Counted from the first letter of the stretch, positions 18,208-29,188 are shown. The stretch is 58,550 nt of DNA from Flavobacteriaceae bacterium (GCA_002725015.1 PBQM01000038.1:1-58550), one strand, 5' to 3'. Translations and numbers: made by a program. Notes: generated by a model from the letters alone, not told the origin.

Positions 18208-18680
18208 AATACAATTCTAAGAAGTCGTATACCGTCGAAGAAGCCTTAACTAAACTTCAAAAATATTGCAGTTACCAAGACCGCTGCCACAAAGAAGTCG
18301 AACAAAAACTAAAAGAAATGCGGATGATACCCCAAGCCGCCGATCAAATTATTATGGCCCTTATTCAAGGCAATTATTTAAATGAAGAGCGTTTTACCAT
18401 GGCTTTTGTTCGCGGTAAATTTAAAATTAAAAAATGGGGTAAACGCCGGTTGACATCGGAACTTAAACAACGAAATATTTCGTCCTACCTATTAAATAAG
18501 GCCTTAAAACAAATTTCAGAAGTAGATTACAATGCCACTTTTGAAAACCTTGCCAACAAAAAAGCAGCCTCTCTCACAGGAACATCGGCGATTGCAAAAA
18601 AGAAAAAATTAGCAGACTACCTTATTTACCGAGGATGGGAGTCTCATAGGGTGTATGACAAAGTCAACCAGTTGTTTTAG
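18204..18680 (+). CDS. recX: Regulatory protein RecX
   Basis: YCSYQDRCHKEV, YLNEERF, KKWGKRR, YLIYRGWE. Confidence 0.92.
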   Translation: MKYNSKKSYTVEEALTKLQKYCSYQDRCHKEVEQKLKEMRMIPQAADQIIMALIQGNYLNEERFTMAFVRGKFKIKKWGKRRLTSELKQRNISSYLLNKALKQISEVDYNATFENLANKKAASLTGTSAIAKKKKLADYLIYRGWESHRVYDKVNQLF

Positions 18681-18692
18681 TGATAGAACTGC

Positions 18693-20501
18693 TTAGAAAT
18701 ACCCGCGCAGACCAAACAAGACATTGCCTTTTGGCATCGGAACGATTCCAGTTTCTATATAAGAAGTATTGAAAATATTATTTCCTGTCAAAGATATTTC
18801 TAGCCCACTCAAAACCAGTTTTAGCTGCGCATCTAATACAGTATAGCTTTCGCCTGTGGCTCTTTCAGCAAATTTACAGACAAAACTGTGGGTTAAGTTT
18901 TTTGTAAATTGTGTTTTTAGCCTTGCTGTAAGGTGGTGATTTAAGGAATTTATAATATATTTTGAAAAGTTAGCACGTACGGCTTTTAAATCCTCATTTA
19001 AAAAAGTATATCCAAGATTAAAATTTTGGTTGTAGGGTCCTAATTTGAAAGGCTTCGAAAACTGAAATTCTAGGCCTTTTGTATTTAAACTTTTTAGGTT
19101 ATTGGACTGCCATTTATCGGCCTCGTTGTCTTTTGTATAATCAATCAAATTATCAGAGTCTCTATTGAAAAAAGCAACTGACGCACTTATGTTTTGACCA
19201 AAATATTTAAAACCAAATTCCTCAGAAAAAGCTTCTTCTGGCACTAAGTTCTCATTTCCTTCGTCATTATTGCCAAGATAGTAAAGATCGTTGTAGGTTG
19301 GTGTGCGATAGGTGTAACCTGCATTGGCATAGACTCTTAAGTTTTCATTTATGCTGTAACCAATGTCAATCCCAGGAAAAGCACTGGTGTCAAAGTCTGA
19401 AAAATAGCCAACAGATACACCTGGTGTTATGTCGAGCGCATTGTCTAAAAGGGAAAAGCGATGCTCTATAAACAAGGTCCCCATCCAGCGGTTTCGATTC
19501 CCCAAACGATTGCTTTCCATCTCCACTTTAGCCAGATCAATCCCTACGCCTGTTACGCCCAAATTTGAGGTATAAGCGGCATTGATTTGTCCACCTATTT
19601 TATTGGAAATATGTAAATTTCTATAAACAGATGGGTTGTTTCGAATGTAAAGATATAGGTCTTGGTTGCGCTTCCAATACAGCTGCGGACTGATTTTTAG
19701 AGCGCCCTGAGTTAGGGTTGTTGAAACTCCAACCAGACTGCTTTGCGTTTCTTCATACTGCTCTTTGGCGTCAATGGCATAAAATTGATTCCCACCAAAT
19801 TTTCGCTCTGAAAATGTAGCCATTACATCTATGGGGTTAGCCTTTGTTTTGAAGCTGCTTTTCACAAAGAAATTTTGATTGTTAAAATCCGTATTGTAAC
19901 GATATCCTTCGGAGCTGTTAACTGAAGCATGGCCTATAAGATCGGCAGATTTCAATTGTGTGCCCAAGGTTGCCGCGGCGTGCTGTTGGTTGAAAGACCC
20001 CAATTGAAAGCCAATGTTATTTTTTACAGATTCTTTTGATTTTGTCACGATATTAATGGCACCCGTAAAAGCATTTTGTCCAAAAATTCTTACTGCAGGC
20101 CCTTTGATAATTTCAACGCGTTTGATAATTTCTAAAGGCAATGCGATATTTAATGTGTGATGGCCTGTTTGTGGATCCTCAACTTTAATCCCGTCAATCA
20201 GTAAAAGAGTTTGATCAAACCCCCCTCCTCGAATGTATAAATCGGATTGCATGCCATAGATACCTTGGCGCCGGATATCGATGCCCGCCTCTTGTTGTAA
20301 CAGCTCTGCCAAGTTTGTAGCTGGACTTTCTTCAATGATCTCAGAGGTAATGATATTCAGGGTTCTTGAATTTTCTTTAAAAGGCAAATCAATTCTCGAA
20401 GATTTTATGATGATGGAGTCCAAGGACTGAACTGCTTGTCCCTGGCCATATTGCGTCGCCAAAATTATTAAAAGGATAAATGGGTTAAATTTTATTTTCA
20501 T
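18693..20501 (-). CDS. TonB-dependent receptor (short, BtuB-like architecture; substrate unknown)
   Basis: IRGGGFDQTLLLIDG, RVEIIKGP, GAINIVT plug; YRTPTYNDLYY; C-terminal F. Confidence 0.85.
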   Translation of the reverse strand: MKIKFNPFILLIILATQYGQGQAVQSLDSIIIKSSRIDLPFKENSRTLNIITSEIIEESPATNLAELLQQEAGIDIRRQGIYGMQSDLYIRGGGFDQTLLLIDGIKVEDPQTGHHTLNIALPLEIIKRVEIIKGPAVRIFGQNAFTGAINIVTKSKESVKNNIGFQLGSFNQQHAAATLGTQLKSADLIGHASVNSSEGYRYNTDFNNQNFFVKSSFKTKANPIDVMATFSERKFGGNQFYAIDAKEQYEETQSSLVGVSTTLTQGALKISPQLYWKRNQDLYLYIRNNPSVYRNLHISNKIGGQINAAYTSNLGVTGVGIDLAKVEMESNRLGNRNRWMGTLFIEHRFSLLDNALDITPGVSVGYFSDFDTSAFPGIDIGYSINENLRVYANAGYTYRTPTYNDLYYLGNNDEGNENLVPEEAFSEEFGFKYFGQNISASVAFFNRDSDNLIDYTKDNEADKWQSNNLKSLNTKGLEFQFSKPFKLGPYNQNFNLGYTFLNEDLKAVRANFSKYIINSLNHHLTARLKTQFTKNLTHSFVCKFAERATGESYTVLDAQLKLVLSGLEISLTGNNIFNTSYIETGIVPMPKGNVLFGLRGYF

Positions 20502-20526
20502 TTTAATGCAATTTTTATCTGTGCCC

Positions 20527-20534
20527 CAAAGGTA
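20527..20534 (-). promoter_or_regulatory. -7 box (TACCTTTG) for the TonB receptor
   Basis: Exact TAnnTTTG 25 nt upstream of the ATG. Confidence 0.5.
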
Positions 20535-20667
20535 TATAAATCCAAGAACGTCAGCCTACAAAACTCACATTAATTATGTTAAAAAGCACCTTTTAAAAGT
20601 GTTTTTTTGAGTTAAAATAAATTACAATTTGTACTAAAAAAAAACAGAAATACGGTACCTTTAGATC

Positions 20668-21939
20668 ATGTTTGCGTTGGTCGATTGTAATAATTTTTAT
20701 GCATCTTGTGAGCGAGTTTTTAATCCTAGCTTGCAAGGGAAACCGCTGGCTGTTTTGTCCAACAATGATGGCTGTGTTATTGCACGCAGCGATGAAGCCA
20801 AAGCTTTAGGACTTCCCATGGGTGCGCCAGCGTTCAAATACAAATCTTTTTTTAAGCAGCACAAGGTAGAGGTCTTTTCTTCAAATTATCCGTTGTATGG
20901 TGATATGAGCAATCGTGTCATGCGAATTTTAGAACAATTTACACCTGATGTTGAGGTTTACAGCATTGATGAGGCCTTTTTAGAGTTCAAGGGTTTTGAG
21001 AATTACAATATGGAGTCTTATGGGCAACTTATTCGAGAGCGGATTTTAAAATGGACTGGCATTCCAACTTGCGTGGGTATTGCCCCTACGAAAGCCCTTT
21101 CCAAAGTGGCCAATAAAATCGCTCGGAAATTTCCAGAAGAAACAGCTGGCGTTTATGTTATTGATACGGAAGTAAAGCGTCTTAAAGCACTGAAGTGGAC
21201 CCCCATTGAAAAGGTTTGGGGCATCGGCTACGCCCTTCATAAGCGTTTGGCAGAAAAACAGTGTAAAACCGCCTATGATTTCACCCAACTACCGGATCTT
21301 TGGGTGCGTCAATCGTTTTCCATTACCCAGTGGAGGCTTAAAAAAGACCTTGAAGGCATCCCTAAAATAGAGATGGAAAAAATTAAAAATAAACGCGCCA
21401 TTGCCACCACCCGAAGTTTTGAAACAACACTCACAGAACTGTCTGATTTAAAAGAGCGTATTTCAACATTTGCTAGCAGTTGTGCTGAAAAACTCCGGCG
21501 TCAAAACTCAAGTTGCCATATGTTGGTTGTGTTTTTGCGAAGCGATCGCTTTAAAACGCAGCAGCCACAGTATCGCGCTAGCAGGATGGTCAGCATTCCA
21601 TTCCCAACAAACTCGAGCTTGGTTCTCAGCTCTTGTGCCGTCAAAGCCATTACTTCTCTTTATAAAAAGGACATCCATTATAAGAAAGTAGGGGTTATCT
21701 TAACGGGGATTGTCCCGACTTACAACCGCCAAATGCAGCTATTTCATCACGAAGATGTCCGACACCAGCCCTTGATGTCTGCCATGGACCGTATCAATAA
21801 CAAATATGGCACCCCTAAATTAAAATTAGCCAATCAAGATTTAAGCCGTACCTGGAAAATGCGACAGCTGCATTTATCGCCACAGTACACCACCAATTTA
21901 AACGATATAATTACTGTTAAATGTCAAAACAACCACTAA
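20668..21939 (+). CDS. umuC: Y-family DNA polymerase V catalytic subunit UmuC
   Basis: [29 protein letters not shown]-terminal [14 protein letters not shown] (DUF4113). Confidence 0.92.
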   Translation: MFALVDCNNFYASCERVFNPSLQGKPLAVLSNNDGCVIARSDEAKALGLPMGAPAFKYKSFFKQHKVEVFSSNYPLYGDMSNRVMRILEQFTPDVEVYSIDEAFLEFKGFENYNMESYGQLIRERILKWTGIPTCVGIAPTKALSKVANKIARKFPEETAGVYVIDTEVKRLKALKWTPIEKVWGIGYALHKRLAEKQCKTAYDFTQLPDLWVRQSFSITQWRLKKDLEGIPKIEMEKIKNKRAIATTRSFETTLTELSDLKERISTFASSCAEKLRRQNSSCHMLVVFLRSDRFKTQQPQYRASRMVSIPFPTNSSLVLSSCAVKAITSLYKKDIHYKKVGVILTGIVPTYNRQMQLFHHEDVRHQPLMSAMDRINNKYGTPKLKLANQDLSRTWKMRQLHLSPQYTTNLNDIITVKCQNNH

Positions 21940-22355
21940 CATTCTTTATCCCAAAACCTCCCGATAATAGCTTTGGTGCTATCTACTTTGACACGGGAAT
22001 CTCAGCGGGATTTCCTTCACCAGCAGATGATTTTAAACAAGAGCGCTTGTCATTAGACTCAGAATTAATCAAGAATAAAGAGGCTACTTTTTTTGCACGT
22101 GTAAGCGGCCAATCAATGATAGATGCGGGCCTTAACGATAATGATCTTTTGGTCATCGATCGCAGCCTTTCTCCCACCCACAATAGAATTGCAGTTTGTT
22201 TTTTGGATGGGGAATTTACGGTTAAACGCCTTAAAGTGGTAAGCGATGAGGTCTGGTTGCAGCCCGAAAACAAGCATTACAAGCCCATAAAAGTGACTCC
22301 AGAAAATGACTTTATTATTTGGGGTATTGTCACCAATGTCATTAAAAAAGTATAG
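21921..22355 (+). CDS. umuD: UmuD-like S24 autopeptidase (Pol V accessory subunit)
   Basis: ISAGFPSPA cleavage site, VSGQSM catalytic Ser, FTVKRL catalytic Lys; no HTH. Confidence 0.9.
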   Translation: MSKQPLTFFIPKPPDNSFGAIYFDTGISAGFPSPADDFKQERLSLDSELIKNKEATFFARVSGQSMIDAGLNDNDLLVIDRSLSPTHNRIAVCFLDGEFTVKRLKVVSDEVWLQPENKHYKPIKVTPENDFIIWGIVTNVIKKV

Positions 22356-22356
22356 T

Positions 22357-23811
22357 TTAAATTTCTTTTCGCAGCCTAGCGACAGGAAAGTCTAGCTGTT
22401 CTCTGTATTTCGCTACAGTTCTTCGCGCAATGGGATAGCCTTTTTCCTTCAATATTTTAGCGAGTTTTTCATCCGTGAGCGGCTTTTTCTTATCCTCCTC
22501 TACAATGACGGTTTTTAAAATACTTTTGATTTCCCGAGTCGAAACTTCTTCACCTTGATCATTGGTCATGGACTCGCTAAAGAATTCTTTGATGAGTTTG
22601 GTTCCATAGGGGGTGTTGACGTATTTGCTGTTTGCAACCCTGGAAACCGTAGAGATATCCATTTCAATTTCATCCGCAATGTCTTTGAGAATCATTGGCC
22701 GCAACTGCTCTTCGTCCCCCGATAAAAAATAAGCTTTTTGATATTGCATAATAGCACTCATAGTCAAATAAAGCGTTTGTTGACGCTGTCGAATGGCATC
22801 AATAAACCATTTGGCAGCGTCAAGCTTTTGCTTTATAAATTGCACCGCCTCTTTTTGCGCCTTAGATTTTTCTTTTGATGCTTTATAACCCAAAAGCATT
22901 TCATTGTAGGATTTCGAAATGTGAAGTTCTGGAGCGTTTCGAGCATTGAGCGTGAGGTTGAGTTCTCCTTCAACGATTTGAATGGTAAAATCTGGCACCA
23001 CGTGCTCTACGGACCTTAAGTTGTTTGTATAAGAACTGCCGGGTTTTGGATTTAAACGTTCAATTTCTTGAATCGCATCTTTGAGTTGTGTTTCGTTTAT
23101 ATTGAATTTTTTTTGAAGCTTTAAATAATGTTTTTTAGTAAATTTTTCAAATGCATTTTCAATGATACGCGCAGCCATTTCAGTATCTGGGGATTGTGGC
23201 TTTCTTTTCAGTTGAATTAAAAGACATTCTTGAAGATCTCGTGCACCAACACCTGCTGGGTCAAGTTGTTGAACGACTTTAAGTGCTCGTTCGATGGTTT
23301 CAATATCTGTATAGATATTCTGCGTAAAGGCCAAATCGTCTGTTAAATCTAGTAGAGGCCTGCGAATATAACCGCTGTCGTCTATACTTCCAATTAGAAA
23401 CTTAGCAATTAAATAATTTTCTTCTTCTAGGGGAAATGTATTGAGTTGATCTGTGAGTTGTTCAGTAAACGAGCTTCCCGAAGCATAGGGGATGGACTTG
23501 TCGTCTTCTTCAGCGCTGTAATTGTTTGCGCGCAATCTATAATCTGGAATTTCATCATCGCTGAGATAATCATCCACATTGATATCGTCTGCATTGATTT
23601 GGTCATTGTCTTGAATATGATCATCGCCATAGTCTGTTTCAAAGTCTTCGCTTTCGCCCTCTTTACCGCGTTCTAAAGCCATATTCTCTTCCAACTCTTG
23701 TTTGATCCGCTCCTCAAACGCCTGGGTCGGCAATTGAATCAGCTTCATCAACTGAATCTGTTGTGGCGACAGTTTTTGTGAAAGCTTAAATTGTAAATAT
23801 TGCTTTAGCAT
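22357..23811 (-). CDS. rpoN: RNA polymerase sigma-54 factor
   Basis: Region I QKLSPQQIQLMKLIQL; DPAGVGAR; RpoN box ARRTVAKYRE. Confidence 0.96.
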   Translation of the reverse strand: MLKQYLQFKLSQKLSPQQIQLMKLIQLPTQAFEERIKQELEENMALERGKEGESEDFETDYGDDHIQDNDQINADDINVDDYLSDDEIPDYRLRANNYSAEEDDKSIPYASGSSFTEQLTDQLNTFPLEEENYLIAKFLIGSIDDSGYIRRPLLDLTDDLAFTQNIYTDIETIERALKVVQQLDPAGVGARDLQECLLIQLKRKPQSPDTEMAARIIENAFEKFTKKHYLKLQKKFNINETQLKDAIQEIERLNPKPGSSYTNNLRSVEHVVPDFTIQIVEGELNLTLNARNAPELHISKSYNEMLLGYKASKEKSKAQKEAVQFIKQKLDAAKWFIDAIRQRQQTLYLTMSAIMQYQKAYFLSGDEEQLRPMILKDIADEIEMDISTVSRVANSKYVNTPYGTKLIKEFFSESMTNDQGEEVSTREIKSILKTVIVEEDKKKPLTDEKLAKILKEKGYPIARRTVAKYREQLDFPVARLRKEI

Positions 23812-23903
23812 TGCTTGTTTGGGTTTTTATAAATTTAAAAAAAACAATCTAGAATATTGAAACGCAACATTGTTTAATTTTTTTAAGCGCTGCCTTTTGA
23901 ATT

Positions 23904-25346
23904 TTAAAAGTCTGCATTTTGTGGTGTTCTAGGATAGGGAATCACATCTCTGATATTATTCATTCCCGTAGCAAACATGACCAAGCGTTCAAAGCCCAAG
24001 CCAAAGCCTGAATGCACCGCGGTTCCAAAGGCTCTGAGGTCCAGATACCACCAAAGTTCTTCTTCTGGGATGTCGAGTGCTGCCATTTTTTCCTTGAGGA
24101 CTTCAAGCCTTTCTTCTCGCTGCGATCCCCCTACGATTTCACCGATTCCTGGAAATAAAATATCCATGGCCCTTACGGTCTTTTCGTCCTCATTTAACCG
24201 CATATAAAAGGCTTTGATATTGGCGGGATAATCAAATAAAATCACAGGGCATTTAAAGTGTTTTTCTACCAAGAAGCGCTCGTGTTCACTTTGCAAATCA
24301 GCCCCCCATTCGTCAATTTGAAAATTAAATTTTTTCTTTTTGTTGGGCTTGCTATTTCTTAAAATATCAATGGCTTCTGTGTAACTGACTCGTTTAAAGT
24401 TGTTTTCAATTACAAAGTTTAATTTTTCAGTTAAACGCATAGGACTGCGCTCGTTTTGGGGTTTTGTTTTTTCTTCTTGTTCTAAGCGTTCTTCTAAAAA
24501 AATCAGGTCTTCGCTGTTGTGCTCAAGTATATAGCCAATCACGGATTTTAAAAAATCTTCTGCTAAATCCATATTGCCCTCAAGGTCCATAAAAGCAACT
24601 TCTGGTTCAATCATCCAAAATTCAGCAAGATGTCTAGAAGTGTTTGAGTTTTCAGCTCTAAAGGTGGGACCGAAAGTATAGACCTTTCCCAAAGCCATTG
24701 CATAGGTCTCGGCTTCAAGCTGCCCAGAGACCGTTAAATTTGTTTCTTTTCCAAAGAAATCTTTTGAGTAATCCACAGCTCCAGACTCTGTAAGGGGTGG
24801 GTTTTTGGGGTCTAAAGTAGTCACCCGAAACATTTCTCCAGCCCCTTCCGCGTCGCTACCTGTAATGATGGGGGCATGCATATAATTAAAGCCGTTTTGA
24901 TGAAAATATTGGTGAATAGCGAACGAGAGCGAAGAACGCAAACGCATCACGGCTCCAAAAGTATTGGTTCGTGGGCGAAGGTGTGCTTGCTCTCTTAAAA
25001 ATTCAAGGGAATGTCTTTTTGGTTGTAAAATTGTTTTGGAAACTAGTTCTGGATCCGCCTCTCCTAAAACAACAATTTCGGAAACTTGTATTTCTAATGT
25101 TTGTCCCTTGCCTTGGCTTTCAACGAGATCCCCTTTGACGTGCACAGCAGCTCCAACGCTGAGGCGTTTGAGAAGCGCGGCATCCATAGTTTCAAAATCT
25201 AAAACACATTGTAGGGGCTTTAAGGTTGATCCATCGTTTAGGGCAATAAAGCGATTGGCTCTAAAAGATTTTACCCAACCTTTAACCTCGACAACAGTGT
25301 GCTTTTTGCCGGAGGAAAATAATTCTGCTACTGTGCTTAGGATCAT
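23904..25346 (-). CDS. asnS: Asparagine--tRNA ligase
   Basis: LTVSGQLEAE, FGPTFRAENSNTSRHLAEFWMIEPE, GFGLGFER. Confidence 0.96.
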   Translation of the reverse strand: MILSTVAELFSSGKKHTVVEVKGWVKSFRANRFIALNDGSTLKPLQCVLDFETMDAALLKRLSVGAAVHVKGDLVESQGKGQTLEIQVSEIVVLGEADPELVSKTILQPKRHSLEFLREQAHLRPRTNTFGAVMRLRSSLSFAIHQYFHQNGFNYMHAPIITGSDAEGAGEMFRVTTLDPKNPPLTESGAVDYSKDFFGKETNLTVSGQLEAETYAMALGKVYTFGPTFRAENSNTSRHLAEFWMIEPEVAFMDLEGNMDLAEDFLKSVIGYILEHNSEDLIFLEERLEQEEKTKPQNERSPMRLTEKLNFVIENNFKRVSYTEAIDILRNSKPNKKKKFNFQIDEWGADLQSEHERFLVEKHFKCPVILFDYPANIKAFYMRLNEDEKTVRAMDILFPGIGEIVGGSQREERLEVLKEKMAALDIPEEELWWYLDLRAFGTAVHSGFGLGFERLVMFATGMNNIRDVIPYPRTPQNADF

Positions 25347-25365
25347 TTTTCAATATAATTTGTCA

Positions 25366-25373
25366 CAAATATA
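25366..25373 (-). promoter_or_regulatory. -7 box (TATATTTG) for asnS
   Basis: Exact TAnnTTTG 19 nt upstream of the ATG. Confidence 0.5.
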
Positions 25374-25391
25374 GAACTTTAGAGGCATTGT

Positions 25392-27788
25392 TCAATCTTC
25401 TTCAATAGAATTGATTTTATCAGGAATGATTTTAAGTCGGGGTTCTTTTAAAACTTTTTTATTGGCGATGTTGCGCTCCAGCGATAGCAGAAGGACAGGA
25501 AGCAACAGTAAATTAGCCATCATGGCCAGCAATAAAGTCCCAGAAATAAGAGCCCCCAAGGCAACCGTACCTCCAAAGTTAGAGGTGATAAAAACTGAAA
25601 ATCCAAAGAACAGTACAATGGATGTATAAAACATACTGACTCCTGTTTCTCTGAGTGCTGCAAAGACAGACTTTTTAATGCTCCATCGGCTGCCCATGAG
25701 CTCTTGACGGTATTTGGCTAAAAAATGGATGGTATCATCTACAGAAATTCCAAACGCAATGCTAAAGACGAGAATTGTAGAGGGCTTTATAGACACTCCA
25801 AAATAACCCATGACGCCAGCAGTGATCAAAAGCGGTAGTAGATTGGGAACCAATGAGATCACGATCATACGGAAAGAGCGGAACATATACGCCATAAAAA
25901 GTGAAATTAGCAAAATCGCCAAAGCAAGTGATAAGATTAAATTCTTTATAAGAAAATTAGTCCCTTTTTGAAAGAGAAAGGCTTTCCCAGTAATGGAAAC
26001 CTCATAGCGGTTTTGGTCAAAAAGTTTTTTAATTTCTTTATTTAAAGTTTCTTCAATTTGATCCATCTGATCAATGCCTGAGTTTTTTATAAAGGTGGTA
26101 ATGCGGGCATATTGACCTGTGGAATCAACATAATTTTGCAGTAACCCCACATCACTAGAAGTGTTTTTTGCATAGGAAAGAATAAACCCATTTTCTTGAG
26201 CGCTGGGCAATTGGTAATATTTTGGATTTCCATTATAAAATGCTTGTTTGGAATACTTTACCAAGTTGACAACCGAAACTGGATTCGAAAGCTCAGGAAT
26301 GTCAATAATAAGCGCTTCCAAGGCATTCATTTTTTCTAAGGTAGCTGGCTTTAAAACCCCTTTTTTTCGCTTCGTATTAACTAAAATTTCAATTGGCATT
26401 ACACCCTTGAATTCAGTTTCGTAAAATTCAATGTCTTTGTAAAATTCTGCATTTTTTGGCATGTCTTCTAAAAGACTTCCCGAGGTTTTGATTTGGTAAA
26501 TTCCAATAATACTGACAACCAATAACAATATTGAAATTATATAAATAGCAATATTTTTTTGTTTGACAGTTTTTTCAATCCAGTCTCCCAGCTTATTGAT
26601 CCAGTGTTTGTTGAGGTGTTTTAAATGTTTTTCTCTTGGAATTGGCATATAACTATAAATGATCGGTATGATAAACAGACACAACACAAAAATAACCATG
26701 ATACTCAAGGATGCGACGGTCCCAAACTCGGTGAGCAAGGTGCTTTGTGTGATAACAAACGTAGCAAAACCAGATGCGGTGGTCGCATTGGTCATAAGGG
26801 TTGCGTTACCGACTTTCGCAATGACCCGCTGTAAAGATTTTGCTTTATTACCGTGCTTGTTCACTTCATGCTGGTACTTATTTATAAGGAAGATACAATT
26901 GGGAACACCAATGACAATAATTAAGGGTGGAATGAGAGCAGTGAGTACGGTAATCTCGTACTCTAAGAAGCCTAAAATACCAAAAGTCCACATCACCCCA
27001 ACAATGACCACGCACATTGAGATAAATGTCGCTCTATAAGACCTAAAAAAGAAAAAGAAGATCAAAGAGGTGACTAAAATGGCAGCAATGATAAAAATTT
27101 CAATTTCATCAATTATATTCTGTGAATTTAGAGTGCGGACATAGGGCATTCCTGACACTCTCACATCGATGCCATAGCGATTTTCAAATGCGTCTATTTT
27201 TGGAATCAGATCTTGAACGATAAAGGTTTTTCTCTCCGCGGTATTTACAATAGATTTTTTTAAAAATATGGCAGAACGTATGGCTTTACCGTCTTTATTA
27301 AAAAGCACGTTGTCATAAAAAGGAAAATCTTTTAGCAAAGAACTTTTAAGCAATCCAAGATCTTCAACTGTTCTCAATGAGTCCTTTATAAATGGGATAA
27401 AATCGAACTGTTGTTTTTGTTTATTTTTAACTAGTTTTTTTAGATCCTGAAGGGTCACGACAGTTTCAACGTAGGGGTTGTTTTCAAAAGACTTTGACAG
27501 CCGGTTCCACGCATTGAGGTTTTCCACTGAAAAGAGAAGACTGTCCTTAACGCCTAAAACAATTAAATTCCCCTCTTCTCCAAAGATTTCTAAAAAATCA
27601 TTGTACTTTAAATTTACGGGGTGGTCGTCTGGTAAAAGATTGGCCTCAGTATAGGTAAAACGCATTTTACTCCATTGCGTTGTCATCAGTAGTGTACACA
27701 ATCCAATAAGGAGTAAAATAGCCAATCGATTTCGCAGGATAATGCTTGCCAAAGCATCCCAAAAGCGGGCTGAAAAAAGTTTAAACAT
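25392..27788 (-). CDS. MMPL/RND family transporter
   Basis: Two repeats of periplasmic domain plus TM bundle; GISVDDTIHF motif. Confidence 0.88.
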   Translation of the reverse strand: MFKLFSARFWDALASIILRNRLAILLLIGLCTLLMTTQWSKMRFTYTEANLLPDDHPVNLKYNDFLEIFGEEGNLIVLGVKDSLLFSVENLNAWNRLSKSFENNPYVETVVTLQDLKKLVKNKQKQQFDFIPFIKDSLRTVEDLGLLKSSLLKDFPFYDNVLFNKDGKAIRSAIFLKKSIVNTAERKTFIVQDLIPKIDAFENRYGIDVRVSGMPYVRTLNSQNIIDEIEIFIIAAILVTSLIFFFFFRSYRATFISMCVVIVGVMWTFGILGFLEYEITVLTALIPPLIIVIGVPNCIFLINKYQHEVNKHGNKAKSLQRVIAKVGNATLMTNATTASGFATFVITQSTLLTEFGTVASLSIMVIFVLCLFIIPIIYSYMPIPREKHLKHLNKHWINKLGDWIEKTVKQKNIAIYIISILLLVVSIIGIYQIKTSGSLLEDMPKNAEFYKDIEFYETEFKGVMPIEILVNTKRKKGVLKPATLEKMNALEALIIDIPELSNPVSVVNLVKYSKQAFYNGNPKYYQLPSAQENGFILSYAKNTSSDVGLLQNYVDSTGQYARITTFIKNSGIDQMDQIEETLNKEIKKLFDQNRYEVSITGKAFLFQKGTNFLIKNLILSLALAILLISLFMAYMFRSFRMIVISLVPNLLPLLITAGVMGYFGVSIKPSTILVFSIAFGISVDDTIHFLAKYRQELMGSRWSIKKSVFAALRETGVSMFYTSIVLFFGFSVFITSNFGGTVALGALISGTLLLAMMANLLLLPVLLLSLERNIANKKVLKEPRLKIIPDKINSIEED

Positions 27789-27896
27789 ACCTAATTTTGA
27801 AGTTGCTAAAGGTAGATAAAACCATTTGATTTTAAGAACAAAAACAGCCTACAATCACAAAAAAAATAAAATGATTTGTTTTTGGCAGTTCTATTG

Positions 27897-28454
27897 TTAA
27901 ACCGTCAAAATTTCGTTTTCTTTTGTATTGAACAAGGCGTCGGCTTTTTTGATATAGCCATCGGTCATTTCTTGGATGTCAGTTTCTGTATTTTTTTTGA
28001 GATCTTCCGAAATGGTATCGAGTTTTTTCAATTCATTATTAGCCTCTTTTCGGGACCCTCTAATTGATATTTTGGCATCTTCCGCCTCTGATTTTGCTTG
28101 TTTGGCCAGCTCTTTGCGGCGCTCTTCTGTCAATGGCGGTACGTTGATAATGACGCTTTCTCCATTGTTCATAGGGTTGAACCCTAAATTTGCAGCCATG
28201 ATGGCTTGCTCAATATCTTGTAGCATACTTTTTTCCCAAGGCTGAACAGTGATGGTCCTGCCGTCGGGTGTATTGACATTGGCCACTTGCGCCAAAGGTG
28301 TTTGTGTCCCATAATACTCCACAGTAACACTCCCAAGCATTGAAGGGCTGGCTTTTCCAGCGCGAATGTTTACAAATTGTTTTTCTAAATGAATCAGCGC
28401 TTTATCCATCGCTTCTTTTGTGCTGTCAAGAATAAATTCAATCTCTTCGTTCAT
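27897..28454 (-). CDS. frr: Ribosome recycling factor
   Basis: IRAGKASP, PPLTEERRKEL. Confidence 0.96.
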   Translation of the reverse strand: MNEEIEFILDSTKEAMDKALIHLEKQFVNIRAGKASPSMLGSVTVEYYGTQTPLAQVANVNTPDGRTITVQPWEKSMLQDIEQAIMAANLGFNPMNNGESVIINVPPLTEERRKELAKQAKSEAEDAKISIRGSRKEANNELKKLDTISEDLKKNTETDIQEMTDGYIKKADALFNTKENEILTV

Positions 28455-28464
28455 ATCGTTTTGA

Positions 28465-29169
28465 TTAGCTTACGGTTGTTCCAATTGGTTCACCAGAAAT
28501 AATTTTTTTAAGATTTCCTTTTTTGTTCATGTCGAAAACGATGATGGGCAATTCGTTTTCTTGACTCAATGTAAAGGCAGTGGTATCCATAACTTTTAAA
28601 CCTTTTTTGAGCACATCGTCAAAGCTGATGTCATTATATTTACTTGCCGAAGCATCTTTTTCAGGGTCTGATGAATAAATACCATCAACACGCGTGCCCT
28701 TCAAAATAACATCTGCCTCAATCTCAATGGCTCTTAAGACGGCCGCAGAATCGGTTGTGAAGTAAGGGTTTCCAGTGCCACCACCAAAAATAACCACTCG
28801 GCCCTTTTCCAAATGCCTTAGGGCACGCCTGCGAATAAAGGGTTCTGCGACTTCATTTATTTTTATGGCAGACTGAAGTCGGGTCGCTACGCCGTTATTT
28901 TCTAAGGCACTTTGAAGTGCCAAACCATTGATAACAGTGGCCAGCATTCCCATGTGATCTCCTTGAACACGGTCCATGCCATTGCTGGCACCAGCAACCC
29001 CTCTAAAAATATTCCCGCCGCCAATCACGATGGCGACTTGAATCCCTTGAGCGACTGTTTCTTTGATTTCGTTTGCATACTCTGAAAGACGCTGCGGGTC
29101 AATCCCGTATTGGCGACTGCCCATTAAGGCTTCACCAGAGAGTTTTAATAAAATGCGTTTGTAAGCCAT
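28465..29169 (-). CDS. pyrH: UMP kinase
   Basis: [30 protein letters not shown]. Confidence 0.96.
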   Translation of the reverse strand: MAYKRILLKLSGEALMGSRQYGIDPQRLSEYANEIKETVAQGIQVAIVIGGGNIFRGVAGASNGMDRVQGDHMGMLATVINGLALQSALENNGVATRLQSAIKINEVAEPFIRRRALRHLEKGRVVIFGGGTGNPYFTTDSAAVLRAIEIEADVILKGTRVDGIYSSDPEKDASASKYNDISFDDVLKKGLKVMDTTAFTLSQENELPIIVFDMNKKGNLKKIISGEPIGTTVS

Positions 29170-29188
29170 AAGTCTCTTGATTATTGAA

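Noticed and set aside
20557-20584. Possible dif site (TTATGTTAAA matches the XerD arm)
   Set aside because: The position of the XerC arm reads TACAAAACTCA, with no CATAA; a half match is expected by chance in AT-rich DNA
20502-20667. Cobalamin riboswitch upstream of the BtuB-like receptor
   Set aside because: A -7 box lies only 25 nt from the ATG and no B12-box or GGGAA motif is visible
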